A stretch of 64,000 nt of DNA from Mobula hypostoma (taxonomy: Eukaryota), in NCBI RefSeq assembly GCF_963921235.1, contig NC_086098.1, positions 4,278,001-4,342,000 of the forward strand. The letters run 5' to 3'. The notes beneath the pieces are model-generated. The model searched no databases. It had not been told where the DNA came from and worked only from the letters and a program-made list of their open reading frames with translations. Positions 37,670 through 50,207 of this stretch are shown here, piece after piece. Made by a program: the position numbers and the translations under genes. The first letter of the stretch is position 1. Each line of letters opens with the position of its first letter.

Positions 37670-40600
37670 ATAAGACATATAAAAACAAAATTAGGCCAGC
37701 CCATCGAGTCTGCTCCACCATTCCATCATGGCTGATTTATTATCCCCTTCAATCCCAGTCTCTGGCCTTCTCCGCATAACCTTTGCCACCCTGATGAATC
37801 AAAAGCCTATCAATTTCTGCTTTAAATATATTCAATAACATGGCCTCCACAGCCATCTGTAGCAATGAATTCCACAGATACCTGTATACGTGAAGGATTA
37901 CCTGGACATTAACCTTTAGGGTATCCTGCACAAAGACTCCCAAGTCCCTTTGCATCTCTGCATTTTGAATTCTCTCCCCATCTGATTAATAGTCTGCCCA
38001 TTTATTTCTTCCACCAAAGTGCATGACCATACACTTTCCAACATTGTACTTCATTTGCCACTTCTTTGCCCATTCCCCTAAACTACTTAAGTCTTTCTGC
38101 AGGCTCTCTGTTTCCTCAACACTACCTGCTCCTCCACCTGTCTTTGTATCATCAGCAAATTTAGCCACAAAACCATTAATCCCATAGTCCACATCATTGA
38201 CATACGTTATAAAAAGCAGCAGTCATCGTTAATGCCTCCGCAATCTTTCCAGCTCCTTCCTTCAGAACCAGAGAGTGCATTCCATCAGGTCCAGGAGACT
38301 TATCCATCCTCAGACCATTAAGCTTCCTGAGCACCTTCTCAGTCATAATTTTCACTGCCCATACTTCACCTCCCTGACACTCTTGAATGTCCAGTATACC
38401 GCAGATGTCTTCCACTGTTATGACTGATGCAAAATACGCATTCAGTTCCTCTGCTATCTCTGTGTCTCTCACTACAATATCTCCAGCGTCATTTTCTATA
38501 GGTCCTATATCTACCCTCAACTCTCTTTTACCCTTTATATACTTAAAAAAGCTTTTACTATTTTCTTTGTTATTAGTTGCCAACTTCCTTTCATAAGTCA
38601 TCTTTTCCTTCCTAATGACCTTCTTAATTTCCTTTTCAAGTTTTTAAAAGCTTCCCAATCCTCTATCTTCCCACTAGCTTTGGCTTCCTTGTATGCCCTC
38701 TCTTTTGCTTTCACTTTGGCTCTGACTTCACTAGTCAGCCACAGTACTGTCCTTCTTCCATTCAAAAATTTCTTCTTATTTGGAATATATCTGTCTTGCA
38801 CCTCCCTCATTTTTCACAGAAACTCCAGCCATTGCTGCTCTGCTGTCCTTCCTGCTACTGTCTCTTTCCAGTCAACTTTGACCAGTTCCCCTCTCATGCC
38901 ATTGTTATTCCCTTTATTCCACTGAAACACTGATGCATTGGAATTTAGTTTCTCCTACTCAGATTCCAAAGGGAACTCAATCATATTGTGATCACTGTTC
39001 CCCAAGGGTTCCTTAACCTTAAGCTCCTTGCACCCAATCCAGCACAGCGGATCCCCTAGTGGGCTCAACAACAAACTGTTCTGAAAAGCCATCCATTAGA
39101 CATTCTACAAATTCTCTCTCTTGAGGTCCAGTACTGGCCTGGTTTACCCAATCCAGTTTCATGTTAAAAATTCCCAACAATTATCATGACATTGCCCTTC
39201 TGACACGCCTTTTCTATCTCCTGCTTAATTTGTAATCCATATCCTGGCTGCTGTTTGGAGGCCTGTATACAACTGCCATTAGGGTCCTTTTACCCATGTC
39301 ATTTCTTAACTCAACCCCTATACCATCCAATCCTATATCATCCCTTTCTAATGTTTTAATATTATTTCTTATACAAAGGGCCACACCACCCCCTCTGCCT
39401 ACTAACCTATCTTTCCAATACACCGTCTATCCTTGGATGTTCAGCTCCCAATGGTAGCCATCCTTTAGCCAAATTTCAGGGATGGCCACAATGTCATACT
39501 TGCCAATCTGTAGCTGAATTTCAAGATCATCCATTTTATTTCTTATGCTACGTGCATTCAAATATAACACTTTCAGTCCAGTATTTGTTGCTTACTGTTT
39601 TAACTGCACCATGCCTCTATTGCCCTGTAACTCATCCCACTGGTTGTGATTATGTCTCATCTCCTGCCTGTCCTTTCTATCATCTCTGTTCCATGCTAAC
39701 TTTGATTGTCAGGTCACTGGTCTGAGTGCTACTGGTACCATGTAACCCAGTACTACCTGTCACATAGCTGCTTGGTCGGCAACTAAACCGGCTCCCCCAC
39801 CAGGCTTGCCTGGTGAGGGAGGTGGCGAGACACCCTGCAGGACGAAAAACGAGGCCTGTCAAAGGGTGGATGAACCCTCTCGTAGGGTCAATGGCCATCT
39901 AGCAAACACGTGCCGTGAAGTGCGGAAAGGGCATCCCTTGCATCGAAGCTTGGTCTGGCTATTCACTGCAGCAGAACTTCCCCCAGCCGTCTTGGACCCC
40001 ACCATGCCACTGGATCCGGGAGGGGATGTTGAGAGGGTGGGTCTGGACCTGTGCAACTCCCTACTCATCCAAAATCCACTCACGCACAGGCTGTTTCTTT
40101 CTGAGGAGTGGGGTATCCCCACTAACCCCACTAACTGACTGAAAGGAACCATCATCATCCTATGGGATGGATAGCAAAAGAGAGAGAGATCTTTGATTTA
40201 TTTCTGTTTTCCCCTTCCTCAGCCCTATCACTCCAATTCCATCCACCGCCCCCTGCCAAATTAGTTAAAATCCTCCGTGACAGCTCTATTAAACCAACCT
40301 GCAAGGATACTGGACCCCTTTGTAACTCATACTTTTTGTACAGGTCGTACCTCCCCCAGAAGAGGCCCCAATGATCCAGGAACCCGAAGCCCTGCCCCCT
40401 ACATCAGTCTCTCAGCCACGCATTAATATGCCTGATCATGCTATTCTTGCACTCGTTAGCACGTGGCACAAGCAGCAATTCTGAAATTATTACCCTGGAG
40501 GTCCTGCTTTTCAGCTTCCTACCCAACTCCTTGAATTCTCTCTTCAGGACCTCCTCCCTTTTTCTACCTATGTCATTGGTACCAACGTGTACCAAGACTT

Positions 40601-40970
40601 CTGGCTGTTCACCCTCTCCCTTCAGAATACTCTGCACCCAATCCGAGACATCCCGTACCCTGGCATCTGGGAGGCACACATCATGCGCGTATCTCTATCA
40701 GGCTGACAGAGTCTTACTATAGAATCCCCTACAACTACTGCATTCCTCATCTTCTTCTCTCCCTTCCGCATCACGGAACCAGGCTGAGGGCCAGAGACAC
40801 GATCGTGTGGTCGTCCTCTGTCAGGTGACCCCACCCCCCCACGATAGCATCCAAAATGAGATAACAATTATTGAGGGGGATGGCCACTGGGGTGTTCTTT
40901 TCCCTTCCCTTCCCTGACAGTCACCCACTTATCCAACTCCTGCAGCCTCGGAGTGACTAACTCCCTGTAT
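37670..40970 (-). mobile_element. Degenerate CR1 pieces (ORF2 37670-39700, ORF1 esterase about 40270-40970)
   Basis: [40 protein letters not shown] (SGNH esterase). Confidence 0.85.
39708..40189 (+). mobile_element. GC-rich non-coding insertion with 8-bp TSD and (CAT)n/(GA)n end; probable non-autonomous retroelement, possibly RTE-related
   Basis: ctttgatt at 39700-39707 and 40190-40197; interrupts a CR1; no pol III boxes seen. Confidence 0.55.
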
Positions 40971-40972
40971 CA

Positions 40973-43900
40973 CAGAACATAGAATAGTACAGCCTTGTGC
41001 CGACCCTCAAACCCTGCCTCCCATATAAGCCCCCACCTTAAATTCCTCCATATACCTGTCTAGTAGTTTCTTCAACTTCACTAGTGTATCTGCCTCCACC
41101 ACTGACTCAGGCAGTGCATTCCACGCACCAACCACTCTCTGAGTAAAAAACCTTCCTCTAATATCCCCCTTGAACTTCCCAGCCCTTACCTTAAAGCCAT
41201 GTCCTCTTGTGTTGAGCAGTGGTGCGCTGGGGAAGAGGCGCTGGCTATCCACTCTATCTATTCCTCTTAATATCTTGTATATCACGTCTCCTCTCATCCT
41301 CCTTCTCTCCAAAGAGTAAAGCCCTAGCTCCCTTAATCTCTGATCATAATGCATACGCTCTAAACCAGGCAGCATCTTGGTAAATCTCCTCTGTACCCTT
41401 TCCAATGCTTCCACTTCCTTCCTATAGTGAGGCGACCAGAACTGGACACAGTACTCCACTTGTAGCCTAACCAGAGTTTTATAGAGCTGCATCATTACCT
41501 CGCGATTCTTAAACTCTATCCCTTGACTTATGAAAGCTAACACCCCATAAGCTTTCTTAACTACCCTATCAACCCATGAGGCAACCTTCAGGGATCCGTG
41601 GACATGTACCCCGAGATCCCTCTGCGCCTCCACACTACCAAGTATCCTGTCATTTACTTCGTACTCTGCCTTGGAGTTTGTCCTTCCAAAGTGTACCACC
41701 TCACACTTCTCCGGGTTGAACTCCATCTGCCACTTCTCAGCCCACTTCTGCATCCTATCAATGTCTCAGTGCAATCTTCAACAATCCTCTACACTATCTA
41801 CAACACCACCAACCTTTGTGTCGTCTGCAAACTTGCCAACCCACCCTTCTACTCCCCACATCCAGGTTGTTAATAAAAATCACGAAAAGTAGAGGTCCCA
41901 GAACAGATCCTTGTGGGACACCACTGGTCACAATCCTCCAATCTGAATGTACTCCCTCCACCACCACCCTCTGCCTTCTGCAGGCAAGCCAATTCTGAAT
42001 CCACCTGGCCAAACTTCCCTGGATCCCATGCCTTCTGACTTTCTGAATAAGCCTACCGTGTGGAATCCTGTCAAATGCCTTACTGAAATCCATATAGATC
42101 ACACCACTGCACTACCCTCATCTATTTGCCTGGTCATCTCCTCAAAGAACTCTATCAGGCATGTTAGACACGATCTGCCCTTCACAAAGCCATGCTGACT
42201 GTCCCTGATCGGACCATGATTCTCTAAATGCCCAGAGATCCTATCTCTAAGAGTCTTTTCCAACAGCTTTCCCACCACAGACGTAAGGCTCACTGGTCTA
42301 TAATTACCCGGACTATCCTACTACTGCTTTTTTCCCTACTGCTATCCTATCCCTACTGCTTTTTTTGAACAAGGGGACAACATTCGCCTCTCTCTTTAAT
42401 CCTCCGGTACCATTCCCGTGGACAACGAGGACATAAAGATCCTAGCTAGAGTCTCAGCGATTTCTTCCCTCACCTCGTGGAGCAGCCTGGGGAATATTCC
42501 ATCAGGCCCCGGGGACTTGTCCATCCTAATATATTTTAACAACTCCAACACTTCCTCTCCCTTAATATCAACATGCTCCATAACATCAACCTCACTCATA
42601 TCGTCCTCACTGTCATCAAGTTCCCTCTCATTGGTGAATACCGAAGAGAAGTATTCATTGAGGACCTCGCTCACTTCCACAGCCTCCAGGCACATCTTCC
42701 CACCTTTATCTCTAATCGGTCCTACCTTCACTCCTGTCATCCTTTTGTTCTTCACATAATTGAAGAATGCCTTGGGGTTTTCCTTTACCCTAATCACCAA
42801 GGCCTTCTCATGCCCCCTTCTTGCTCTTCTCAGCCCCTTCTTAAGCTCCTTTCTGGCTACCCTGCATTCCTCAATAGACCCATCTGATCCTTGCTTCCTA
42901 AACCTCATGTATGCTGCCTTCTTCCACCTGACTAGATTTTCCACCTCACTTGTCACCCGTGGTTCCTTCACCCTACCATTCTTTATCTTTCTCACCAGGA
43001 TAAATTTATCCCTAACATCCTGCAAGAGATCCCTAAACATTGACCACATGCCCATAGTACATTTCCCTGCAAAAACATCATCCCAATTCACACCCGCAAG
43101 TTCTAGCCTTATAGCCTCATAATTTGCCCTTCCCCAATTAAAAATTTTCCTGTCCTCTCTGATTCTATCCTTTTCCATGATAATGCTGAAGGCCAGGGAG
43201 CGGTGGTCACTGTCCCCCAGATGCTCACCCACTGAGAGATCTGTGACCTGACCCGGTTCATTACCTAGTACTAGATCTAGTATGGCATTCTCCCTAGTCG
43301 GCCTGTCAACATACTGTGACAGGAATCCATTCTGGACACACTTAACAAACTCTTCCCCGTCCAAGCCCTTGGAACTAATCAGGTGCCAATCAATATTAGG
43401 GAAGTTAAAGTCACCCATGATAACAACCCTGTTATTTTTGCACCTTTCCAAAATCTGCCTCCCAATCTTCTCCTCTGTATCTCTGCTGCTACCAGGGGGC
43501 CTATGGAATACCCCCAATAGAGTAACTGCTCCCTTCCTGTTCCTGACTTCCACCCATATTGACTCAAAAGAGGATCCTGCTACATTACCCACCCTTTCTG
43601 TAGCTATAATAGTATCCCTGACCAGTAATGCCACCCCTCCTCCCCTTTTCCCCCCTCTCTATCCCTTGTAAAGCACCAAAATCCAGGAATATTGAGAATC
43701 CATTCCTGCCCTGGTGCCAGCCAAGTCTCTGTAATGGCCATTACATCATTATTCCATGTATGTATCCAAGCTCTCAGTTCATCACCTTTGTTCCTGATGT
43801 TTCTTGCATTGAGGTGCACACATTTCAGCCCTTCTACCTTACTGCCTTTACACTGTTTATTCTGCTTCTCTTTCCTCAAAGCCTCTCTACATGTTAGATC

Positions 43901-44300
43901 TGGCTTTACTCCATGCACTTCTTTCACTGCTCTATCACTCTGGGTCCCATCCCCCTCGCAAATTAGTTTAAACCCTCCCGAACTATGCTAGCAAACCTAC
44001 CTGCAAGGATATTGCTCCCCCTCGAGTTCAGGTGCAACCCATCCAATCTGTACAGGTCCCACCTTCCCCAGAAGAGATCCCAATGATATAAAAATCTAAA
44101 ACCCTGCTCCCTGCACCAACTCCTCAGCCACGCATTCAACTGCCATCTCCTCCAATTCTTACCATCACCGTCACGTAGCACTGGCAGCAATCCTGAAAAT
44201 GCCACCCTTGAGGTCCTGTTCTTCAGCCTTCTGCATAGTTCCCGAAACTCACACTTCAGGACCTCATCCCTCTTCCTGCCTATGTCGTTGGTCCCAACAT
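40973..44300 (-). mobile_element. Near-full-length CR1 (ORF1 SGNH esterase plus ORF2 APE endonuclease-RT), few disablements
   Basis: DLYRLDGLHLN (esterase), [41 protein letters not shown] and 3' tail. Confidence 0.95.
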
Positions 44301-45447
44301 GTATCTATCTCCTACTTACTTTCCCTAATAAGCTGCAGGTCATCAAGCCACAGTTCCAGATCCCTAACACAGTCTATCAGGAGCTGCATCTCTATTGAAA
44401 AAATACCTTCATCATGGGTACTAGCGTCTGTTGCATCAAGACATCTTCAACGAGTGGTGCCTTCTCATTGGAAGGACGTACAGAAGCCCGAAGGCACATA
44501 CTCATTGATTCAGGAACAGTTTCTTCCCCTCTGCCATCTGATTTCTAAATCAACATTGAACCCATGAACACTACCTCACTTATTTTATTATTTCTGTTTT
44601 TGCACTACTTTTTTAATTTAACTAACTAATATACGGAATCCATTTTTTTCTGTGTTATCATGAATTGCATTATACTGCTGCTGCTAAGTTAAAAAGTTTC
44701 ACAGCATATGCCATTGATGTTAAATCTGATTCTGATTGTGGTCTGAACATTAACTTGACCATGTCAGCACGCTTTTACGCATTGAGTTCCTGCCATATGA
44801 TTGGCTGATTAGATATTAGCTGGTGTACAGGCATACCTAATAAAGTGGCCACTGGGGGTATATGGCAAATAAAGTTGATTCTGCAGACAGGTGTGTGAAG
44901 CTTGGGAAATGGAAGTCATCAAAGTTACATTCTGGCCTTGCCATAACTGATATACATGATGGAAATTAACCAGCACCTTGGCTGAATATGATGTATTTTG
45001 TGAGAAGATCTGGAGAACAGGATTATCATTAGTTGATAGAGATGTCCATATACCAGTGGCTTTATCTCGGAGAACTGCCAAGCTCATGGAAAGGGATATT
45101 GATCCATTTAGGATCCATCAGCTAAAAATCTTATGAATGTATCATATATTAGGAAAATAGTTTTGTTTAAATCCACACCAGGACTACCAGACTCAAACAC
45201 AGTTACTTTCCCCAAGCAATAAAGCTGATCAACACCTTCAACCACTAACCCACCCCTCCACACCCACCCCCAAATGCACTTCCATTTCCTGTCAGTCACC
45301 ATATGCACAGACACTCCTGTGCCTAGCATCACTTTATGGACAGACAATCAATCTATGTATAAAAACTATCTTTTGTATTTATTGTGTTTTTTAAATAATT
45401 GTGTTCTTTATCTTGTTGTGTTTTTTTTGTGCTATATCAGATCCTAC

Positions 45448-46062
45448 GTAACAGAGAAAGCAGGATCTCCCAGTGGGCCACACATTTTAATTCCACATCC
45501 CATTCCCATTCTGACATGTCTATCCACGGCCTCCTCTACTGTAAAGATGAAGCCACACTCAGGATGGAGGAACAGCACCTTATATTCTGTCTGGGTAGCC
45601 TCCAACCTGATGGCATGAACACTGACTTCATTAACTTCCGCTAATGCCCCACCTCCCCCTCGTACCCCATCTGTTACTTATTTTTATACACACATTCTTT
45701 CTCTCACTCTCCCTTTTCTCCCTCTGTCCCTCTAAATATACCTCTTGCCCATCCTCTGGGTCCCCCACCCCTTGTCTTTCTTCCCGGACCTCCTGTCCCA
45801 TGATCCTCTCATATCCCCTTTTGCCTATCACCTGTCCAGCTCTTGGCTCCATCCCTCCCCCTCCTGTCTTCTCCTATCATTTTGGATCTCCCCCTCCAAC
45901 TTTCAAATCCCTTACTCACTCTTCCTTCAGTTAGTCCTGACGAAGGGTCTCGGCCTGAAACGTCGACTGCACCTCTTCCTACAGATGCTGCCTGGCCTGC
46001 TGTGTTCACCGGCAACTTTGATATGTGTTGCTTGAATTTCCAGCATCTGCAGAATTCTCGTT
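45448..46062 (+). mobile_element. Penelope-like element 3' fragment with hammerhead motif
   Basis: Near-identical to 49588-50207. Confidence 0.92.
45933..45968 (+). ncRNA. Minimal type I hammerhead ribozyme motif
   Basis: AGTC CTGACGA A GGGT-CTCG-GCCT GAAA CGTC GACT. Confidence 0.75.
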
Positions 46063-46907
46063 GTAACCATTATTTCATTCTCCTTTACACGTATGTAAAG
46101 GAAATGACATTAAACAATTTTGAGTCTTGAATTGGCATTGTCAGTGTGCACAATGTGCCTACATGCTGCATGTTCAAAGAAAGCGAGATCTTTTCACTGA
46201 ATAAAAGTGGTCTGTGTATAGAAGTAGGTCACAGTCTGCTTCAGATATGGATTTGTCCTCTGCCCTAGAGCACAAACATCAAATGACTTCTGACCACAAT
46301 GCATCAGGCAGAAATCCATAGAGATTTCATTGCAACTGAATACTTCATCACACACTGGTCCAAAACTTGAAGTACTTCTTTCAAATGCAAAAACCTTGCT
46401 AAAGCAGCAAAAGTAATATTCCCTGGAGTGTATGAGAATGAGGTGAGATTCGATAGAGGGATATATAATTACGAAGTGTCAGTGGTTAATTTCCACTGAG
46501 GTTGTGTGAGACTAGAACTAGAGGTCATGAGTTGGGGGAGAAAGGTGAAATGTTTAAGTGGAAAATGAGGGGGAACTTCTTCACTCAGAGTGTGATGACA
46601 GTGTGGAACTAACAGCCACTGGAAGCGGTGAATGCAGATTTGATTTCAACATTTAAGAGTAATTTGATAGGTGCATGCACGCGAGGGCGATGGAGGACTA
46701 TGACCCAAGTTCAGGCTAATGGGACTGTTTCTGTGCTGTCACGTTCTATTGCCCTGTTCTATCAATCTCTGACAACCCACTACCCCAAACAAACTCCGAA
46801 AGTAGCTGAGGAGTCACACTAATGGGGAGGCAAAGTTCAATGTAGCTGAAACCTATTGACCTCTCTCTAGAAGAGCAATGGGATAGTAAAAGAACTGCAG
46901 ATGACAC

Positions 46908-47475
46908 GGTTACCCTCAGGTTGTCGTTTGCGTACATCTCGGGAAGACAATCTCTGGCCCCACCAAACGTGTGAGATTGAGGTACAAAGCCTCCTGTTTG
47001 TGTGCATGCTGTGTGATGTGTTACCCTGTTACAAATCAGTACCTCAACATAATAGACAGTACACCTTAAGCAATTAAATGATTTCGCTTTATAATTCTTA
47101 ATTTGACTGAAGGGTTAGTAAAGTAAAACAAAAAGAAAAGGGCCCATTTTAATGACACAGTCTAACATGCACAAGTTGGAGCTCACAGTTTCGGTTCTGT
47201 TGTTCCTCCATCGATTTCCCCGGGCTTCATCGACTACTGGCCCCACTCCAAGTCCACTCTGTCCTGCTATCTATGACCTCTCCATTCTGACATCTTCCCT
47301 CTCCATCCTCCGCTGAACAACAGACCCAGATCACCTCTTCACACAACAAGAAAAAACATTCCCTTCATTGGACGACGCACATTCCAAAGCCCCCGTTATC
47401 TCTAGCCATAACCCAAACACTGCTGCTACAGAAAACCCATTACATTAGCGGTATAACATTTCCCAGGGTGTTACA
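46908..47475. mobile_element. Probable solo LTR (568 bp) inserted within a CR1 ADDTK codon run
   Basis: Ends ggttaccc...gggtgttaca; imperfect 4-bp TSD acac/gcac. Removal restores gcagatgacacaaaggttggt (ADDTKVG). Confidence 0.7.
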
Positions 47476-48450
47476 GCACAAAGGTTGGTGTTGTGGAGAA
47501 TGTAGAAAGTTGGTGGTGTGAAGAGTGTTGAAGGTTGGTGGTGTGGAGAGTGTTGAATGTTGGTGGTGTGGACAGTGTAGAAGGTTGGTGGTGTGGACAG
47601 TGTAGAAGGTTGGTGGTGTGGACAGTGTAGAAGGTTGGTGGTGTGGACAGTGTAGAAGGTTGGTGGTGTGGACAGTGTAGAAGGTTGGTGGTGTGAACAG
47701 TGTAGAAGGTTGGTGGTGTGGACAGTGTAGAAGGTTGGTGGTGTGGACAGTGTAGAAGGTTGGTGGTGTGGACAGTGTAGAAGGTTGGTGGTGTGGACAG
47801 TGTAGAAGGTTGGTGGTGTGAACAGTGTAGAAGGTTGGTGGTGTGGACAGTGTAGAAGGTTGGTGGTGTGGAGAGTGTTGAAGGTTGGTGGTGTGGACAG
47901 TGTAGAAGCTTGGTGTTGTGGAGCATGTAGGAAGTTGGTGGTGTGAAGAGTGTTGAAGGTTGGTGTCATGGAGAATGTAGAAGGTTGGTGGTGTGGACAG
48001 TGTAGAAGGTTGGTGGTGTGGACAGTATAGAAGGTTGGTGGTGTGGACAGTGTAGAAGGTTGGTGGTGTGGACAGTGTAGAAGGTTGGTGGTGTGGAGAG
48101 TGTTGAAGGTTGGTGGTGTGGACAGTGTAGAAGCTTGGTGTTGTGGAGCATGTAGGAAGTTGGTGGTGTGAAGAGTGTTGAAGGTTGGTGTCATGGAGAA
48201 TGTAGAAGGTTGGTGGTGTGGACAGTGTAGAAGGTTGGTGTCATGGAGAATGTAGAAGGTTGGTGGTGTGGACAGTGTAGAAGGTTGGTGGTGTGGACAG
48301 TATAGAAGGTTGGTGGTGTGGACAGTGTAGAAGGTTGGTGGTGTGGACAGTGTAGAAGGTTGGTGGTGTGGAGAATGTAGAAGGTTGGTGGTGTGGACAG
48401 TGTAGAAGGTTGGTGGTGTAGAGAATGCAGGAAGTTGGTGGTGTGGACAG
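47476..48450 (+). repeat. 25-bp minisatellite (aaggttggtggtgtggacagtgtag), about 39 units
   Basis: Direct inspection; variant block repeated at a 225-bp (9-unit) offset. Confidence 0.97.
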
Positions 48451-50207
48451 TGTTCCACTTACACGGATAAGTGCCAGGAGGGAGATCAGTGGGGAGGGAT
48501 GGGGGGGACGAATGGACAAGGGAGTTGTGTAGGGAGCGATCCCTGCGGAATGCGGGGGGGGCGGAGGGAAAGATGTGCTTAGTGGTGGGGTCCCGTTGGA
48601 GGTGGCGGAAGTTACGGAGAATTATATGTTGGACCCGGAGACTGGTGGGGTGGTAGGTGAGGACCAGGGGAACCCTATTCCTAGTGGGGTGGCGGGAGGA
48701 TGGAGTGAGAGCAGATGTACGTGAAATGGGGGAGATGCGTTTAAGAGCAGAGTTGATAGTGGAGGAAGGGAAGCCCCTTTCTTTAAAAAAGGAAGACATC
48801 TCCCTCGTCCTAGAATGAAAAGCCTCATCCTGAGAGCAGATGCGGCGGAGACGGAGGAATTGCGAGAAGGGGATGGCGTTTTTGCAAGAGACAGGGTGAG
48901 AAGAGGAATAGTCCAGATAGCTGTGAGAGTCAGTAGGCTTATAATAGACATCAGTGGATGAGCTGTCTCCAGAGACAGAGACAGAACCCACGGATCTGCT
49001 CTCAGGATGAGGCTTTTCATTCTAGGACGAGGGAGATGTCTTCCTTTTTTAAAGAAAGGGGCTTCCCTTCCTCCACTATCAACTCTGCTCTTAAACGCAT
49101 CTCCCCCATTTCACGTACATCTGCTCTCATTCCATCCTCCCGCCACCCCACTAGGAATAGGGTTCCCCTGGACGTCACCTACTACCCCACCAGCCTCCAG
49201 GTCCAACATATTATTCTCCGTAACTTCCGCCACCTCCAACGGGATCCCACCATTAAGCACATCTTTCCCTCCCCACCTCTCTCTGCATTCCGCAGGGATC
49301 GCTCCCTACGCAACTCCCTTGTCCATTCGTCCCCCCCATCCCTCCCCACTGATCTCCCTCCTGGCACTTATCCGTGTAAGCGGAACAAGTGCTACACATG
49401 CCCTTACACTTCCTCCCTTACCACCATTCAGGGCCCCAAACACTCCTTCCAGGTGAGGCAACACTTCACCTGTGAGTGGACTGGGGTGATATACTGCGTC
49501 CGGTGCTCCCGATGTGGCCTTTTATATATTGGCGAGACCCGACGCAGACTGGGAGACCGCTTTGCTGAACATCTACGCTCTGTCCGCCAGAGAAAGCAGG
49601 ATCTCCCAGTGGCCACACATTTTAATTCCACATCCCATTCCCATTCTGACATGTCTATCCACGGCCTCCTCTACTGTAAAGATGAAGCCACACTCAGGTT
49701 GGAGGAACAACACCTTATATTCCATCTGGGTAGCCTCCAACCTGAAGGCATGAACATCGACTTCTCTAACTTCCGCTAAGGCCCCACCTCCCCCTCGTAC
49801 CCCATCTGTTACTTATTTTTATGCACACATTCTTTCTCTCACTCTCCTTTTTCTCCCTCTGTCCCTCTGAATATACCTCTTGCCCATCCTCTGGGTCCCC
49901 CCCGCCCTTGTCTTTCTCCCTAGGCCTCCTGTCCCATGATCCTCTCGTATCCCTTTTGCCTATCACCTGTCCAGCTCTTGGCTCTATCCCTCCCCCTCCT
50001 GTCTTCTCCTATCATTTTGGATCTCCCCCTCCCCCTCCCACTTTCAAATCCCTTACTCACTCTTCCTTCAGTTAGTCCTGACGAAGGGTCTCGGCCTGAA
50101 ACGTCGACTGCACCTCTTCCTACAGATGCTGCCTGGCCTGCTGCGTTCACCAGCAACTTTGATGTGTGTTGCTTGAATTTCCAGCATCTGCAGAATTCCT
50201 GCTGTTT
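48451..50207 (+). mobile_element. Penelope-like element with inverted 5' segment; open GIY-YIG endonuclease ORF 48958-49779
   Basis: CKRNKCYTC...VIYCVRCSRCGLLYIGETRRRLGDRFAEH (GIY-YIG); inverted arm has YYKPTDSHSYLDYSSSHP (PLE RT thumb region). Confidence 0.95.
50074..50109 (+). ncRNA. Minimal type I hammerhead ribozyme motif
   Basis: AGTC CTGACGA A GGGT-CTCG-GCCT GAAA CGTC GACT. Confidence 0.75.

Noticed and set aside
39712..39835. Possible HDV-like ribozyme
   Set aside because: A P4-like hairpin and GGCGAG are present, but I could not assign P1/P2/P3 in the required nested pseudoknot.
44809..45135. Short open frames on both strands in a non-repetitive patch
   Set aside because: No recognisable homology or splice pair; cannot be supported as an exon.
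46935..46965. TGGTGGGGCC on minus as a possible primer-binding site
   Set aside because: It falls inside the TSD-defined insertion and no internal retroviral sequence follows.
47445..48458. 337-aa His/Thr/Pro repeat ORF; array superficially CRISPR-like
   Set aside because: It is a translation of a 25-bp head-to-tail minisatellite with no unique spacers and no cas genes, in eukaryotic DNA.
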